From Spirochaetota bacterium (GTDB lineage Bacteria > Spirochaetota > UBA4802 > JAFGDQ01): DNA of 64,000 nucleotides. Shown here in pieces: positions 41,544 through 50,281 of the stretch. The DNA is taken from the NCBI GenBank assembly GCA_016932015.1, contig JAFGDQ010000019.1, positions 11,214 through 75,213 of the forward strand, given 5' to 3'. The notes beneath the pieces were generated by a model that worked only from the letters and a program-made list of their open reading frames with translations, ran no database searches and was not told the origin of the DNA. How positions within the stretch are numbered: the stretch's first letter is position 1; each line of letters starts with the position of its first letter. The position numbers and the translations under genes were made by a program.

Positions 41544-42416
41544 TTAATTCATTACAACAATTAAAAAAGCCCCGGCTATCATGACAGCTGTTGCAACTGC
41601 CCGTGTAAACAGGTCCGTATCCCTGAATAATCTTCCGCCTATGACAATAGCAAAAAAGACCGACAATCTTTTAACAGACAGCACAAGAGCAACGTTACCG
41701 AGCTTTACGGCTTCAATCTGGCACAGCCTGTAGATTATTGTAAAAACAGCAACAATTGCAATCATTTTCCCTGTTCCGGAAAGAACGCTTCTTACCTGAC
41801 TGTGCCTGCTGCCTGAAACAAGATAGACTGCGGTAAATATTAATGCCAGAAACAAATGCTGGAAAAATACGAATGCCAGAGGCTGCATTGCGAGTCTTCC
41901 AACAAGAAGCTTGTCAATAACAGATGTTGTGCTGTAAAGTGCGATAGCACCTAACAGGTACAAATGCGCTTTGCCCGAAGCTTTGAACGGGCTGGCCCAG
42001 TTTCGTATTTTACCGGTCTGAAGCAGATATGTACCTGCGAGAAGCATTATCATTCCTCCGATCTCAAAATGTGTAAGCCGCTCTTCAAGGAAAAAAAATG
42101 AAGCGAGTGCTACTATTCCCGGGGTCAGTACCATCAATGGAAGTGAATTGCTTATTTCGAGAGCTTTCAGTCCTCTCATTACAAGATAAAACGCAAAAGC
42201 GCCTATAATTGATTTTAGAAATAAAACAAGAAGGGGTAAAGAAGAGACTGAGCCTATATCGAAGAAAAATAAAAGAGGCAATGAAAGTACGAGATTAAAT
42301 ACAGCAAGCACTGTTGAAAATTCAATCGCTGTAACTGAAAACAGGGATTTTTTTTCATATATAGCTGCAGCTGCCGAAAAAGCGGCTGAAATAAGTGCAA
42401 GTATCCACCAGTTCAT
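41544..42416 (-). CDS. EamA/DMT-superfamily transporter
   Basis: 10 TM helices in two EamA-like halves. Confidence 0.75.
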   Translation of the reverse strand: MNWWILALISAAFSAAAAIYEKKSLFSVTAIEFSTVLAVFNLVLSLPLLFFFDIGSVSSLPLLVLFLKSIIGAFAFYLVMRGLKALEISNSLPLMVLTPGIVALASFFFLEERLTHFEIGGMIMLLAGTYLLQTGKIRNWASPFKASGKAHLYLLGAIALYSTTSVIDKLLVGRLAMQPLAFVFFQHLFLALIFTAVYLVSGSRHSQVRSVLSGTGKMIAIVAVFTIIYRLCQIEAVKLGNVALVLSVKRLSVFFAIVIGGRLFRDTDLFTRAVATAVMIAGAFLIVVMN

Positions 42417-42722
42417 AAAAGTTCCATAAGAATTCGTTTTAGTAAAAATTTCTGATAAATGTACAAATTCCCGGATAATTATTTTTTGTAAATAAAAATA
42501 AATAATTGTTATTCCGTTCTTTGTTATTGCTCAGTACTAAAAAATCAGATTGAAATATTTTTTCAGGCATATACATTGAATACAGAATAATGTTTTGTAT
42601 GTCGAAAATAATAACTGGTGAACAAATAAATCTAATTTGCTACCCATGAGATTAAGATAAGAAGATTTTTTTAGCGTAGGTATTTTAAACCCTGTTTAGT
42701 CCCGGGTCAGATTAAAGAGGAA

Positions 42723-43151
42723 TTGGATATGCCTGTTAAACATAAAAATATAAAAGATGATACCGGTATTATAATAACAGGTTCCGGGCCTGTTACTGAT
42801 GAGGAATTTATCAGCGAGATGAAAAAGATTCTGACTATGGATAGAGAGAGATTAAAGAAATACAGGTTCTCGATTATTGACTGGACAAAAATATCTAAAC
42901 CGGAAATTTCCATAAAAGCAATTGAGCTGGTAGGGAAATATTGTGAGTCTGCCGCAATAGCCAATCCGGATCTGATTGTTGCAACAGTAGCGGATAAAGA
43001 TATTATGTACGGTTTTTCCAGAATCGGCCACACATTGATGAATAAAACAGGTTGGGAAGACAGGATCTTCCGCAGCAGGAAAGACGCGGAAAACTGGATA
43101 AAGGAAAGGCTCAGAGAAAAGTACGGGATTGATGGTTTGACATTTGGATGA
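42723..43151 (+). CDS. hypothetical cytoplasmic protein
   Basis: 142 aa with no recognisable motif. Confidence 0.35.
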   Translation: MDMPVKHKNIKDDTGIIITGSGPVTDEEFISEMKKILTMDRERLKKYRFSIIDWTKISKPEISIKAIELVGKYCESAAIANPDLIVATVADKDIMYGFSRIGHTLMNKTGWEDRIFRSRKDAENWIKERLREKYGIDGLTFG

Positions 43152-43233
43152 AAAAAAATTACATTGACTTATTGATTTTTAATTTTATGTTAGCTGCAGT
43201 CCTGAATGTCCATTTTTTAATATTTATTAATAA

Positions 43234-44406
43234 ATGAGGAGTATTATGAATCCGGATAGAAAAACACGATTCAATATTATATTTATTCTTTTTATGATTT
43301 TGACGGTTCCCGCATTACTGTCCGCAAAGACAGTCGCCTTTATCGGCGTACAGAATCTTTCTCTGAACTCTGAATATGATTACCTGGCAGCCTTTACGGA
43401 GGGAGTCATTCTTTTTGATTTATCGGGATTAAAAGATATAACACTAGTTGAAAGAACAAGGCTTGAAAAAATACTGAATGAGCAGCAGCTTCATCTTGCA
43501 GGCCTGACTGAAAAAGAGCAGGAGAAAAAATCAATTGAGGTCGGACGTCTGCTGGCAGCTGACAGTCTTGTTTCAGTGGACTATACTCTTGTTGGCGGAG
43601 AGGTCGCTTTCACTTCGCGGGTTGTAGATACATCAAAAGGATCTGTACAGGTTGTGACTTCACGCGGCACACTGGAAAATGATATTCATATACTTTCTGA
43701 GGGTCTGGCAAGAATTCTTACAGGGAAAAATTATTCATTTGTTAATGAGGCAGAAAAAAGAAGCCTGCTTACTATGCGTGATATCGTGCCCGGAACAATT
43801 TCTCTTTACTGCAATCTGCAGCATGCGGAGATTAAGCTGAATGACAAGTTTGCAGGGTATACAACAGGAAATCTTTATACTCCTTTGACAATACCGGATA
43901 TTGATCCCGGTACTTATAATATGAAGATCAGTCTTTCAAAAGATTTCGGTGTAATAAAACTTCCCGAATTTATTTTTTCGGATTGGCAGGAGAAAGTTAC
44001 TGTAAAGCCGGGAAGAATAACAATTCAGAAAGCTGTTATAAGGCATTTTAATGATATGATATACAATTATGCTGAACTTTTTGATGAAGACTATGAACTG
44101 ACTGAAAAGGATCCTGAGCTGAAAAGCAGTAAAAGTATATCCTTTACAGACAGAACAGGCAAAGAGATCCAAATGGATTTAAATATATCTGCTAACCGGA
44201 CAGCGGCAGGCCCGAATATAATCTGCATGCTTGTATATGAAGGTAAAAATAATAAACTGGAAATTACTGAAAAAGATTCAAGGAAAGACATGGCCGTTGG
44301 TAAGGTAAAATTAAAATTTGATCTTCGTTCACATCGTGACAACAGCGACAGGTTTAATATCAGAATAATCAGAACTGATATTTATCAGGGTATGCACAGA
44401 CAATAA
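43234..44406 (+). CDS. secreted CsgG/FlgO-like domain protein with PEGA domain
   Basis: N-terminal region has the CsgG-like pattern (ERTRLEKILNEQQL...GRLLAADSLVS). A central PEGA-like motif follows (AEIKLNDKFAGYT). Confidence 0.5.
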   Translation: MRSIMNPDRKTRFNIIFILFMILTVPALLSAKTVAFIGVQNLSLNSEYDYLAAFTEGVILFDLSGLKDITLVERTRLEKILNEQQLHLAGLTEKEQEKKSIEVGRLLAADSLVSVDYTLVGGEVAFTSRVVDTSKGSVQVVTSRGTLENDIHILSEGLARILTGKNYSFVNEAEKRSLLTMRDIVPGTISLYCNLQHAEIKLNDKFAGYTTGNLYTPLTIPDIDPGTYNMKISLSKDFGVIKLPEFIFSDWQEKVTVKPGRITIQKAVIRHFNDMIYNYAELFDEDYELTEKDPELKSSKSISFTDRTGKEIQMDLNISANRTAAGPNIICMLVYEGKNNKLEITEKDSRKDMAVGKVKLKFDLRSHRDNSDRFNIRIIRTDIYQGMHRQ

Positions 44407-44451
44407 TTAGATGTAAATATAGTATTATTTTTGCAGAATAGCCTGAAAAAA

Positions 44452-45903
44452 TCAGGCTATTTTTTTTACCGGAGAAATTTTATAGGACCTGAAAGTACGC
44501 GCCCGCACACATCCTTTGAAAACTCCTGCCTGATAGAAAATATGTTCTGATAAATAAAACAAAAGAAAAGAAGGATAATTAAGTTCTGGTTTCCTAACTG
44601 CATAGTCCACAGAAGAACAGAGCAGTATCATAAATAAAGCAAGCAGCCACACGGGAAAATAAAAAATTCCGATAAGCAGTAAAGCAGTCAGATAATATCT
44701 TATTAAATGAAATGACAGATAATAAAATAATGAGAAGTAGCTTCGAATTATTGAAAAGAATATTTTTTCCGGTTTTATCCCGCGGTACATGCGGCACATT
44801 CTGAAAATTTTTATTATGCTTTCAGTTAGGTAGCATCCTGCTGAAATCAGAAGCGGAAGAAATGACAGGGAAATGATGCTGACGCAGATTCCGAGAAAAG
44901 CTATGGAGCTTAAAACAGGAGCAGGAAGTATCTTCTTTTTGTTTTTATGAAGAGAGTATAGCACAGCTTCGGATGTCCCGTAATCAGCTCGTCTTTTCAG
45001 CATTTGCAGCAGGGCATTTCTATGCTTGTGCCTGACGGCACCGTGCGGTGCGTAAAGAAGTCTGTATCCTTTTTGCCGCATTCTCCAGCAGAAGTCCACA
45101 TCTTCCCCTACGTGCAGATTTTCGTTTATTCCTCCTGTATCATTGTATACTTTTTTTCTGACAAGGAGATTGCAAGTGGGCACATAAAACGTGTTGTCAT
45201 TATTTCCGCTGAGCTGAAGGTGCTTTCCCATATTAAGCGACGACATGGCACATTCGTAGCGGTCAAGGCCGGACGATTTGTAATATCCGTCAACAAAACC
45301 GCCTGCTGCTCCAACATCCTTCCATTGAAAGTAGGCAGTCAGCTCCTTAAGCCATGTTTTTGAAGCAACACAGTCGCTGTCAAGAAAAGCAAGAATGGTT
45401 CCTTTTGCTTTCTTAGCTCCAATATTACGGCAACAGGACTGGCCGCGGTTTATTTTATTTCTGATGATTTTAACTGGAAATTTTTCTGCAACATCTTCTG
45501 ATCCGTCCGTTGAACCGTCATCAATAACAATAACTTCGAGTTTATTTTTCGGATAGTCCTGGGCGAATACGGAATTCAGGCATTCTTTGAGCTCCCGTTT
45601 ACGGTCTTTACTGGGAATGATAACAGAAACAGAAGGGAGCTTCTCTGCCGGCCTGGCTTGTTTTATTTCAAGCATGCCCTTATTGCTGAAGTAGCTGCAT
45701 ATTTTGAAAACATGTTCTTCACTGGTACCCGCTGATTTTGCAATATCTTTAATAAGCGTTTTACCGTTGCATAATTTCATTATTTCTACAACTCGCTCGT
45801 TGATTTTTATAATTTTCAGCGGAATTTCGGAGATTACAAGGTAAGCGTCCCCTGATTTTTTAAAGCGGATTTTATTTCTTAATTTGTATAGAAGAGGAAT
45901 CAA
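44452..45903 (-). CDS. family-2 glycosyltransferase with N-terminal PqqD-like (RRE) domain and C-terminal TM helices; candidate MftF-like tailoring enzyme
   Basis: Residues ~10-85 show a PqqD-like pattern (INERVVEIMKLCNGKTLIKDIA....SEEHVFKICSYFSNKGMLE). GT2 core (VSVIIPSKDR...VIVIDDGSTDGS, DSDC). Last gene of the mftA-like operon. Confidence 0.7.
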   Translation of the reverse strand: MIPLLYKLRNKIRFKKSGDAYLVISEIPLKIIKINERVVEIMKLCNGKTLIKDIAKSAGTSEEHVFKICSYFSNKGMLEIKQARPAEKLPSVSVIIPSKDRKRELKECLNSVFAQDYPKNKLEVIVIDDGSTDGSEDVAEKFPVKIIRNKINRGQSCCRNIGAKKAKGTILAFLDSDCVASKTWLKELTAYFQWKDVGAAGGFVDGYYKSSGLDRYECAMSSLNMGKHLQLSGNNDNTFYVPTCNLLVRKKVYNDTGGINENLHVGEDVDFCWRMRQKGYRLLYAPHGAVRHKHRNALLQMLKRRADYGTSEAVLYSLHKNKKKILPAPVLSSIAFLGICVSIISLSFLPLLISAGCYLTESIIKIFRMCRMYRGIKPEKIFFSIIRSYFSLFYYLSFHLIRYYLTALLLIGIFYFPVWLLALFMILLCSSVDYAVRKPELNYPSFLLFYLSEHIFYQAGVFKGCVRARTFRSYKISPVKKIA

Positions 45904-45957
45904 TATTAAGCTGACCTGTAAGTAATTAAAATAAGCAGTAAAGATAAAAATAAAATT

Positions 45958-47094
45958 TTAAAAATATTTATCAAGCCCCATATGCTGATGAAGTGATAAA
46001 AAGTTTTTTCCCCCGGATTTAAACATGATTTTAAGATAATGAAATCCTTCAAAAGGAAGAGCGTATCTTTCGAGGCCAGGCTCTGTACATGAAATGCATT
46101 CTTTAAATTTACCGGATTGTTTCCTGAAATTTTTCGCGGTTTTTGATGTAAGTATTTCCTTAAGAGGGCTATTTTTAAAATTGCCGAGATTTGCTTTTAT
46201 AAGCGGACAGGAAAAAATGTCGCCTGTACTTCTTATAAAATAATAATTAAATCCTGCAGAGCATGGTTTTTTAACTTTTTTATTTTTGAAAAAATTGACC
46301 AGCATGTCTTTATGATAGCTCCACAAAAAACGGGGGCTTGCATAGAAACCGATCATTTTGCTTATATCGTTTTCACTGAAGATTAAATTATTTTCAAGGT
46401 CGGTGTTATTGTATCTGTTTTTTGTTATAATGCATGGAGATATGATAGTGAAAAGATTATTCCTTTCCGCGTATTCCATTATGCTGTCAAGCTCGTTAAT
46501 GTTTACAGGCAGTATTGTGGTTTTTAATCCGATTATCAGGTTGCCATATTTTTTTCTTGCCTTGATCGCGCCCTGAATTGTTGTGTTCAGTTTATCCCAT
46601 CCGTTTTTAAAATTTCTGATTTTGTTATGAATTTCTCCTATAGCGTCCATTGCAAAAACAATAATAAGATCAAGCTTATTCTCTTCCATTACCGGAAGTA
46701 TTTCATCAAGTACAGGCAGTATTGTATCAGTGAGAAATCCATTTGAGGTAATTGCAATAGATTTCAGTTTTTTCAGATTACTGCTTTTGAGTTCGCAGAT
46801 ATTTCCAAGAAGCTCAGGAAGATCATTTCTGATAAAAGGTTCGCCGCCTGTAATATCGAGTTCTTTCAGATTCTTCAATTCACGAGCTGAAAGCAGGTTT
46901 ATCCATTCTTTCACAGAACACTCGGGATTGTCATGAGGGGTTTTCCAGATATTGCACATAATGCATCTGGCAATACAGCGCTGTGTAATTTCAAGGCTGA
47001 GAATTTCAGTGGCAGGGGAAATTCCTGTTAATTTATAAAAACGATACTTAATCCCTTTTAGAATAAGCTTCAGGGTTATAAATAAAATGTTCAT
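45958..47094 (-). CDS. radical SAM / SPASM-domain protein (second maturase-like enzyme in the cluster)
   Basis: CxxxCxxC (CIARCIMC), GGEP motif, C-terminal Cys-rich SPASM-like region (CSAGFNYYFIRSTGDIFSCP...CISC). Confidence 0.8.
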   Translation of the reverse strand: MNILFITLKLILKGIKYRFYKLTGISPATEILSLEITQRCIARCIMCNIWKTPHDNPECSVKEWINLLSARELKNLKELDITGGEPFIRNDLPELLGNICELKSSNLKKLKSIAITSNGFLTDTILPVLDEILPVMEENKLDLIIVFAMDAIGEIHNKIRNFKNGWDKLNTTIQGAIKARKKYGNLIIGLKTTILPVNINELDSIMEYAERNNLFTIISPCIITKNRYNNTDLENNLIFSENDISKMIGFYASPRFLWSYHKDMLVNFFKNKKVKKPCSAGFNYYFIRSTGDIFSCPLIKANLGNFKNSPLKEILTSKTAKNFRKQSGKFKECISCTEPGLERYALPFEGFHYLKIMFKSGGKNFLSLHQHMGLDKYF

Positions 47095-47153
47095 TAAGAA
47101 TAATAGTAAAGAATGGATTTAATATTTATCAATAACGGTTTGTTCCAAGTATT

Positions 47154-48206
47154 CTATGATGCTATCCCGGCGGATTCATTCTGCGACAGATACTCCTGAA
47201 AAGAAAGCATGCATTCAGGGTCTGATTGATTAAGTGATTTCGTTAAAAAATATGCGACAGCAGGACAGCCCCCGTGGCATATATTGAATCTCGGGCATGT
47301 TTCACAGGCTTCTACCCGTATGTTTCTGATCATGTTAAACACGGGAGCATTATTCCATACAGATTCAAATGAATCCCTTCCTGCCCGGCCAGAAATGAAA
47401 AAATCATCCTGAAGAAAGGCACAAGGGTATATTTTGCCGTCAGGTGAAACGCTGCAGGTCATTCTTGCGGCTCCGCACATATTAAGCGCAAGATCGCGCC
47501 TGTCCTGCGCTGTAATTGAAAAGAAGGAATCGCCTGTCAGTACATCCCTGTGAGAGCTTAAGAATTCAGAAAGCTCCGCAAGCTGTTCTTTGCTTAAATG
47601 ATATTCTTCCCATACTTTTTTGGCGTTTCCTGAAGGACGAAACCGCGATAGTCTTGTCTTCGCTTCGTAACGTCTGCCGAGTTCATAGAGATCAAGGATT
47701 TCTCTGAAATTTATTGCTGTTACCACTGTATTAATGCTTAAATTAGGGAATGAATGGTTAACAAGATGTTCAATTCCTTTAATTATTCTGTCAAAGGAGC
47801 CCTTTCCTCTGATACGGTCATTTGTTTCTGCAGCGGCTCCGTCAAGGCTTACCTGAATATAAAGGAGGTCCATGGCTGTTAGTTTTTTAGCGAGTGAGTC
47901 ATTAAGAGTTGTACCGTTTGTACTCACGCATGTTGTGATCCCCTTTTTGTGAGTATAGTTAAGAATGTCAATGAAATCCTCTCTTAAAAACGGTTCACCC
48001 CCGCCGAAATTAATTTGAAACACGCTCATTCTGTAAAGTTCATCAATGAATGAACAGCATTGTTCAAAGCTGAGTTCATCGTCACAGTGTTTGATGGTTT
48101 CTGCGGAAAGACAGTGGCTGCAGTGAAGATTGCATTTTTTTGTAATCTCCCATGTTAGATTCACAGGTGCGCTGAGCAGGTCTTTATATGCTGCTTCGTA
48201 CTTCAA
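47154..48206 (-). CDS. mftC: MftC-like radical SAM / SPASM peptide maturase
   Basis: N-terminus LTWEITKKCNLHCSHCLS closely matches the MftC signature (LTWELT..CNL.C.HCLS). SPASM cysteines (CGAARMTCSVSPDGKIYPC...CETCPRFNICHGGC). Overlaps the MftB-like gene by 23 nt. Confidence 0.8.
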   Translation of the reverse strand: MKYEAAYKDLLSAPVNLTWEITKKCNLHCSHCLSAETIKHCDDELSFEQCCSFIDELYRMSVFQINFGGGEPFLREDFIDILNYTHKKGITTCVSTNGTTLNDSLAKKLTAMDLLYIQVSLDGAAAETNDRIRGKGSFDRIIKGIEHLVNHSFPNLSINTVVTAINFREILDLYELGRRYEAKTRLSRFRPSGNAKKVWEEYHLSKEQLAELSEFLSSHRDVLTGDSFFSITAQDRRDLALNMCGAARMTCSVSPDGKIYPCAFLQDDFFISGRAGRDSFESVWNNAPVFNMIRNIRVEACETCPRFNICHGGCPAVAYFLTKSLNQSDPECMLSFQEYLSQNESAGIAS

Positions 48207-48489
48207 GGATAAGCCCCTTTTTAATTAATGTTTTCAGCAGTCTTTTTATTCTTTCTATGTCATAGCTGTTTTTGCAATGATGTTTAAGAAAGTATTGTTT
48301 CGAATCTATCGATCCGTTCGAATCTATCGATTCGTTCGAATCAATTGATTCGATAGTAAGGAAGCTGCCGGATTTGATAAAAGTCAGATTCGTATCTTTA
48401 CTGTTGTAAAGTAAAAGGCCGAATTTTTCCGGCCTGGCTCTCACGCCGGGTGAGAGCCGGTAAAATGTATTGCCGTCTAAAATATTCAC
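48184..48489 (-). CDS. mftB: MftB-like PqqD-family RiPP recognition element (peptide chaperone)
   Basis: 101 aa. FYRLSPGVRARPEKFGLLLYNSKDTNLTFIKS matches the MftB pattern (L.P.V.LR.E.FG.L.Y......L.F). GTG start 3 nt after the precursor stop. Confidence 0.7.
   Translation of the reverse strand: MNILDGNTFYRLSPGVRARPEKFGLLLYNSKDTNLTFIKSGSFLTIESIDSNESIDSNGSIDSKQYFLKHHCKNSYDIERIKRLLKTLIKKGLILEVRSSI
48295..48354. repeat. imperfect 18-nt tandem repeat x3 inside mftB-like gene (encodes (E/G)SIDSN x3)
   Basis: cgaatctatcgatccgtt / cgaatctatcgattcgtt / cgaatcaattgattcgat read directly. In-frame 6-aa repeats. Confidence 0.6.
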
Positions 48490-48491
48490 TT

Positions 48492-48620
48492 TTAATAAAC
48501 TCCGCAGATTCCGTCAACTGCGAGATCTTCTACCTCAATTTCTTCAAGAATATCTGTTTTTTCGTTTTTTACTTCCTCTTCATCCTTGATTTCTTTGTCT
48601 TTCATTAAAACAGTTTTCAT
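48492..48620 (-). CDS. mftA: mycofactocin-precursor-like peptide (MftA-like), 42 aa: MKTVLMKDKEIKDEEEVKNEKTDILEEIEVEDLAVDGICGVY
   Basis: Not in the ORF track (<60 aa). Found by translating the minus strand. RBS AGAGGA is 8 nt upstream of the ATG. Acidic leader. C-terminal VDGICGVY-stop matches the IDGMCGVY core of MftA. The MftB-like gene follows immediately. Confidence 0.75.
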   Translation of the reverse strand: MKTVLMKDKEIKDEEEVKNEKTDILEEIEVEDLAVDGICGVY

Positions 48621-48710
48621 TTTGATGTTCCTCTTTAATAAAATATTTTTTAATTATTAGTGATAAAACCGGTAAAATAATTTTCAGAATATTTTTCTGG
48701 AAATTATTTA

Positions 48711-49817
48711 TTAAAATTCACAAACCCAGCGTCCATGTATTTTATGTTCACGCATTGCGTCATGAACAGACTGCAGCTCTTCAAGTTTAAATTTTTTAGT
48801 GATCAGCTTATCCAGATCAATATATCTTTTATCCATAACAAGGTCGGCAAAAGCCGGGATATCGGTATGTACATGAACATGTCCGTACATTACGCCTATT
48901 ATATCTTTAGCATGGAGCGGAGTAAAAATAATCTGTAACTGAGCTTTCTTTGATGCGTCCTGAAGTCCGATTTGTATCTGCTTGCCTCCGATTCCAAGAG
49001 CCCAGTAAATCTGTTCAATCGCACCCACATCTCCGCTCGCTTCAAACGCATAATCAACTCCGCCTCCGCTCAGTTCCTGAACAATCGGTATAGGGTCCTG
49101 CTTGCTGCTGTCAATAAAATGAGTAGCTCCGAATTCCTTGGCTATGGCTTCCTTGCTGCCCTCTATGTCAACAGCTATTATCGGTTTTGCTCCTGCTAAT
49201 TTTGCTCCCTGAAGGACATTCAGCCCAATGCCGCCAATACCCCATACGGCAACACTGTCGCCGGGTTTTACATTCGCGGTGTTAATTACAGCGCCTAATC
49301 CGGTGGGAACGCAGCAGCCGAGCAATGCAGCCTGATCCAGCGGGAAATCCTCTCTTAATTTTATGGCGCCGGATTCCGGAATTACAAGATATTCGGCGAA
49401 ACCTGAAACGAATACTGAATGGTACAGTGGCTTCCCGTTAGCGTCTGTAAGTCTTGATGTGCCGTCAAGCAGTGAACCGGCTTCGATAAAATTCCGGTAT
49501 TCGGGACAGATGTATTCGTTTCCCTTTACGCATTGCTTGCATCTTCCGCATGACACAGCCCAGCAGGCTACAACATGATCTCCTTTTTTTATTCTTTTTA
49601 CACCGGGGCCTACATCGACAACAACGCCCGAGGCCTCGTGACCTGTTACGAACGGGATCGGGAATAACTGGCCACTTTCTACAGCTGAAAAATCGGAATG
49701 ACAATACCCGCAATAATGTGTTTTTACAAGAACTTCATTTTCTTTAGGCGGCGCAAGATTTACTTCCTCAATTGTAATAACTTTCGGTTCTCTGACAACC
49801 GCAGCTTTCATTTTCAT
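48711..49817 (-). CDS. zinc-dependent alcohol dehydrogenase (MDR family), candidate nicotinoprotein/mycofactocin-coupled dehydrogenase
   Basis: GYCHSD...G and GHEASGVV catalytic-Zn motifs. Structural Zn CGRCKQCVKGNEYIC. Rossmann motif VWGIGGIGL. The ATG at 49817 with RBS AGGAGG is preferred over the GTG at 49823. Confidence 0.85.
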   Translation of the reverse strand: MKMKAAVVREPKVITIEEVNLAPPKENEVLVKTHYCGYCHSDFSAVESGQLFPIPFVTGHEASGVVVDVGPGVKRIKKGDHVVACWAVSCGRCKQCVKGNEYICPEYRNFIEAGSLLDGTSRLTDANGKPLYHSVFVSGFAEYLVIPESGAIKLREDFPLDQAALLGCCVPTGLGAVINTANVKPGDSVAVWGIGGIGLNVLQGAKLAGAKPIIAVDIEGSKEAIAKEFGATHFIDSSKQDPIPIVQELSGGGVDYAFEASGDVGAIEQIYWALGIGGKQIQIGLQDASKKAQLQIIFTPLHAKDIIGVMYGHVHVHTDIPAFADLVMDKRYIDLDKLITKKFKLEELQSVHDAMREHKIHGRWVCEF

Positions 49818-49853
49818 AAACACCCTCCTGAAATCCTTATGTCAAATTTTAAT

Positions 49854-49876
49854 TCCGCGTTTTATTATACCGCGGA
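49854..49876. promoter_or_regulatory. palindromic operator TCCGCG-N11-CGCGGA bracketing a TATAAT (-10, minus strand) upstream of the ADH-mftABC operon
   Basis: GC-rich 6-bp inverted arms in an AT-rich spacer read directly. TATAAT (rc of 49864-49869) lies between the arms, ~40 nt upstream of the ADH start. Confidence 0.35.
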
Positions 49877-50241
49877 CAAGATTTTACTGAAGTGAAGATA
49901 AATATTGATAATGTTAACTAATACCCTAAAGCTTAAAATAACGTACTAAAAGAAGTCTGAATATATCACTTCTGACAATTCACCAGATATTAAAAAAGGT
50001 GAGGTATATTATCACACATGAAAATATTGAATATTAATATCTCATATATGAATAGTTTATTTTACATATCGCTTTCAGCGCATTAAGAAATAACGCAGTT
50101 GAAGTAAGGCAGGAGTATAGGAATCAGCAAGAACTGTAATGCGCAGGAAATGTATTTTTATATGAAATCTGATGTTCCTGCCTAACATAATAGTTACATT
50201 GGAAAAAAAATAAAAATAAGTCAAATGATTTTCTGATTTGC

Positions 50242-50268
50242 TTGACAATTATGTAACTTAAATATTAT
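50242..50268 (+). promoter_or_regulatory. sigma-70-like promoter (TTGACA -35; TATTAT -10, 15-nt spacer) for the OYE-Etf-cytochrome gene set
   Basis: Perfect TTGACA at 50242-50247 and TATTAT at 50263-50268. The spacer is short, so confidence is low. Confidence 0.3.
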
Positions 50269-50281
50269 CGTAGAATTAATT

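Noticed and set aside
48295-48354. Short direct repeats as a possible mini-CRISPR array
   Set aside because: There are only three contiguous copies with no spacers, and they lie in-frame inside a coding sequence. No cas genes are present. The whole window was scanned and no repeat-spacer array was found.
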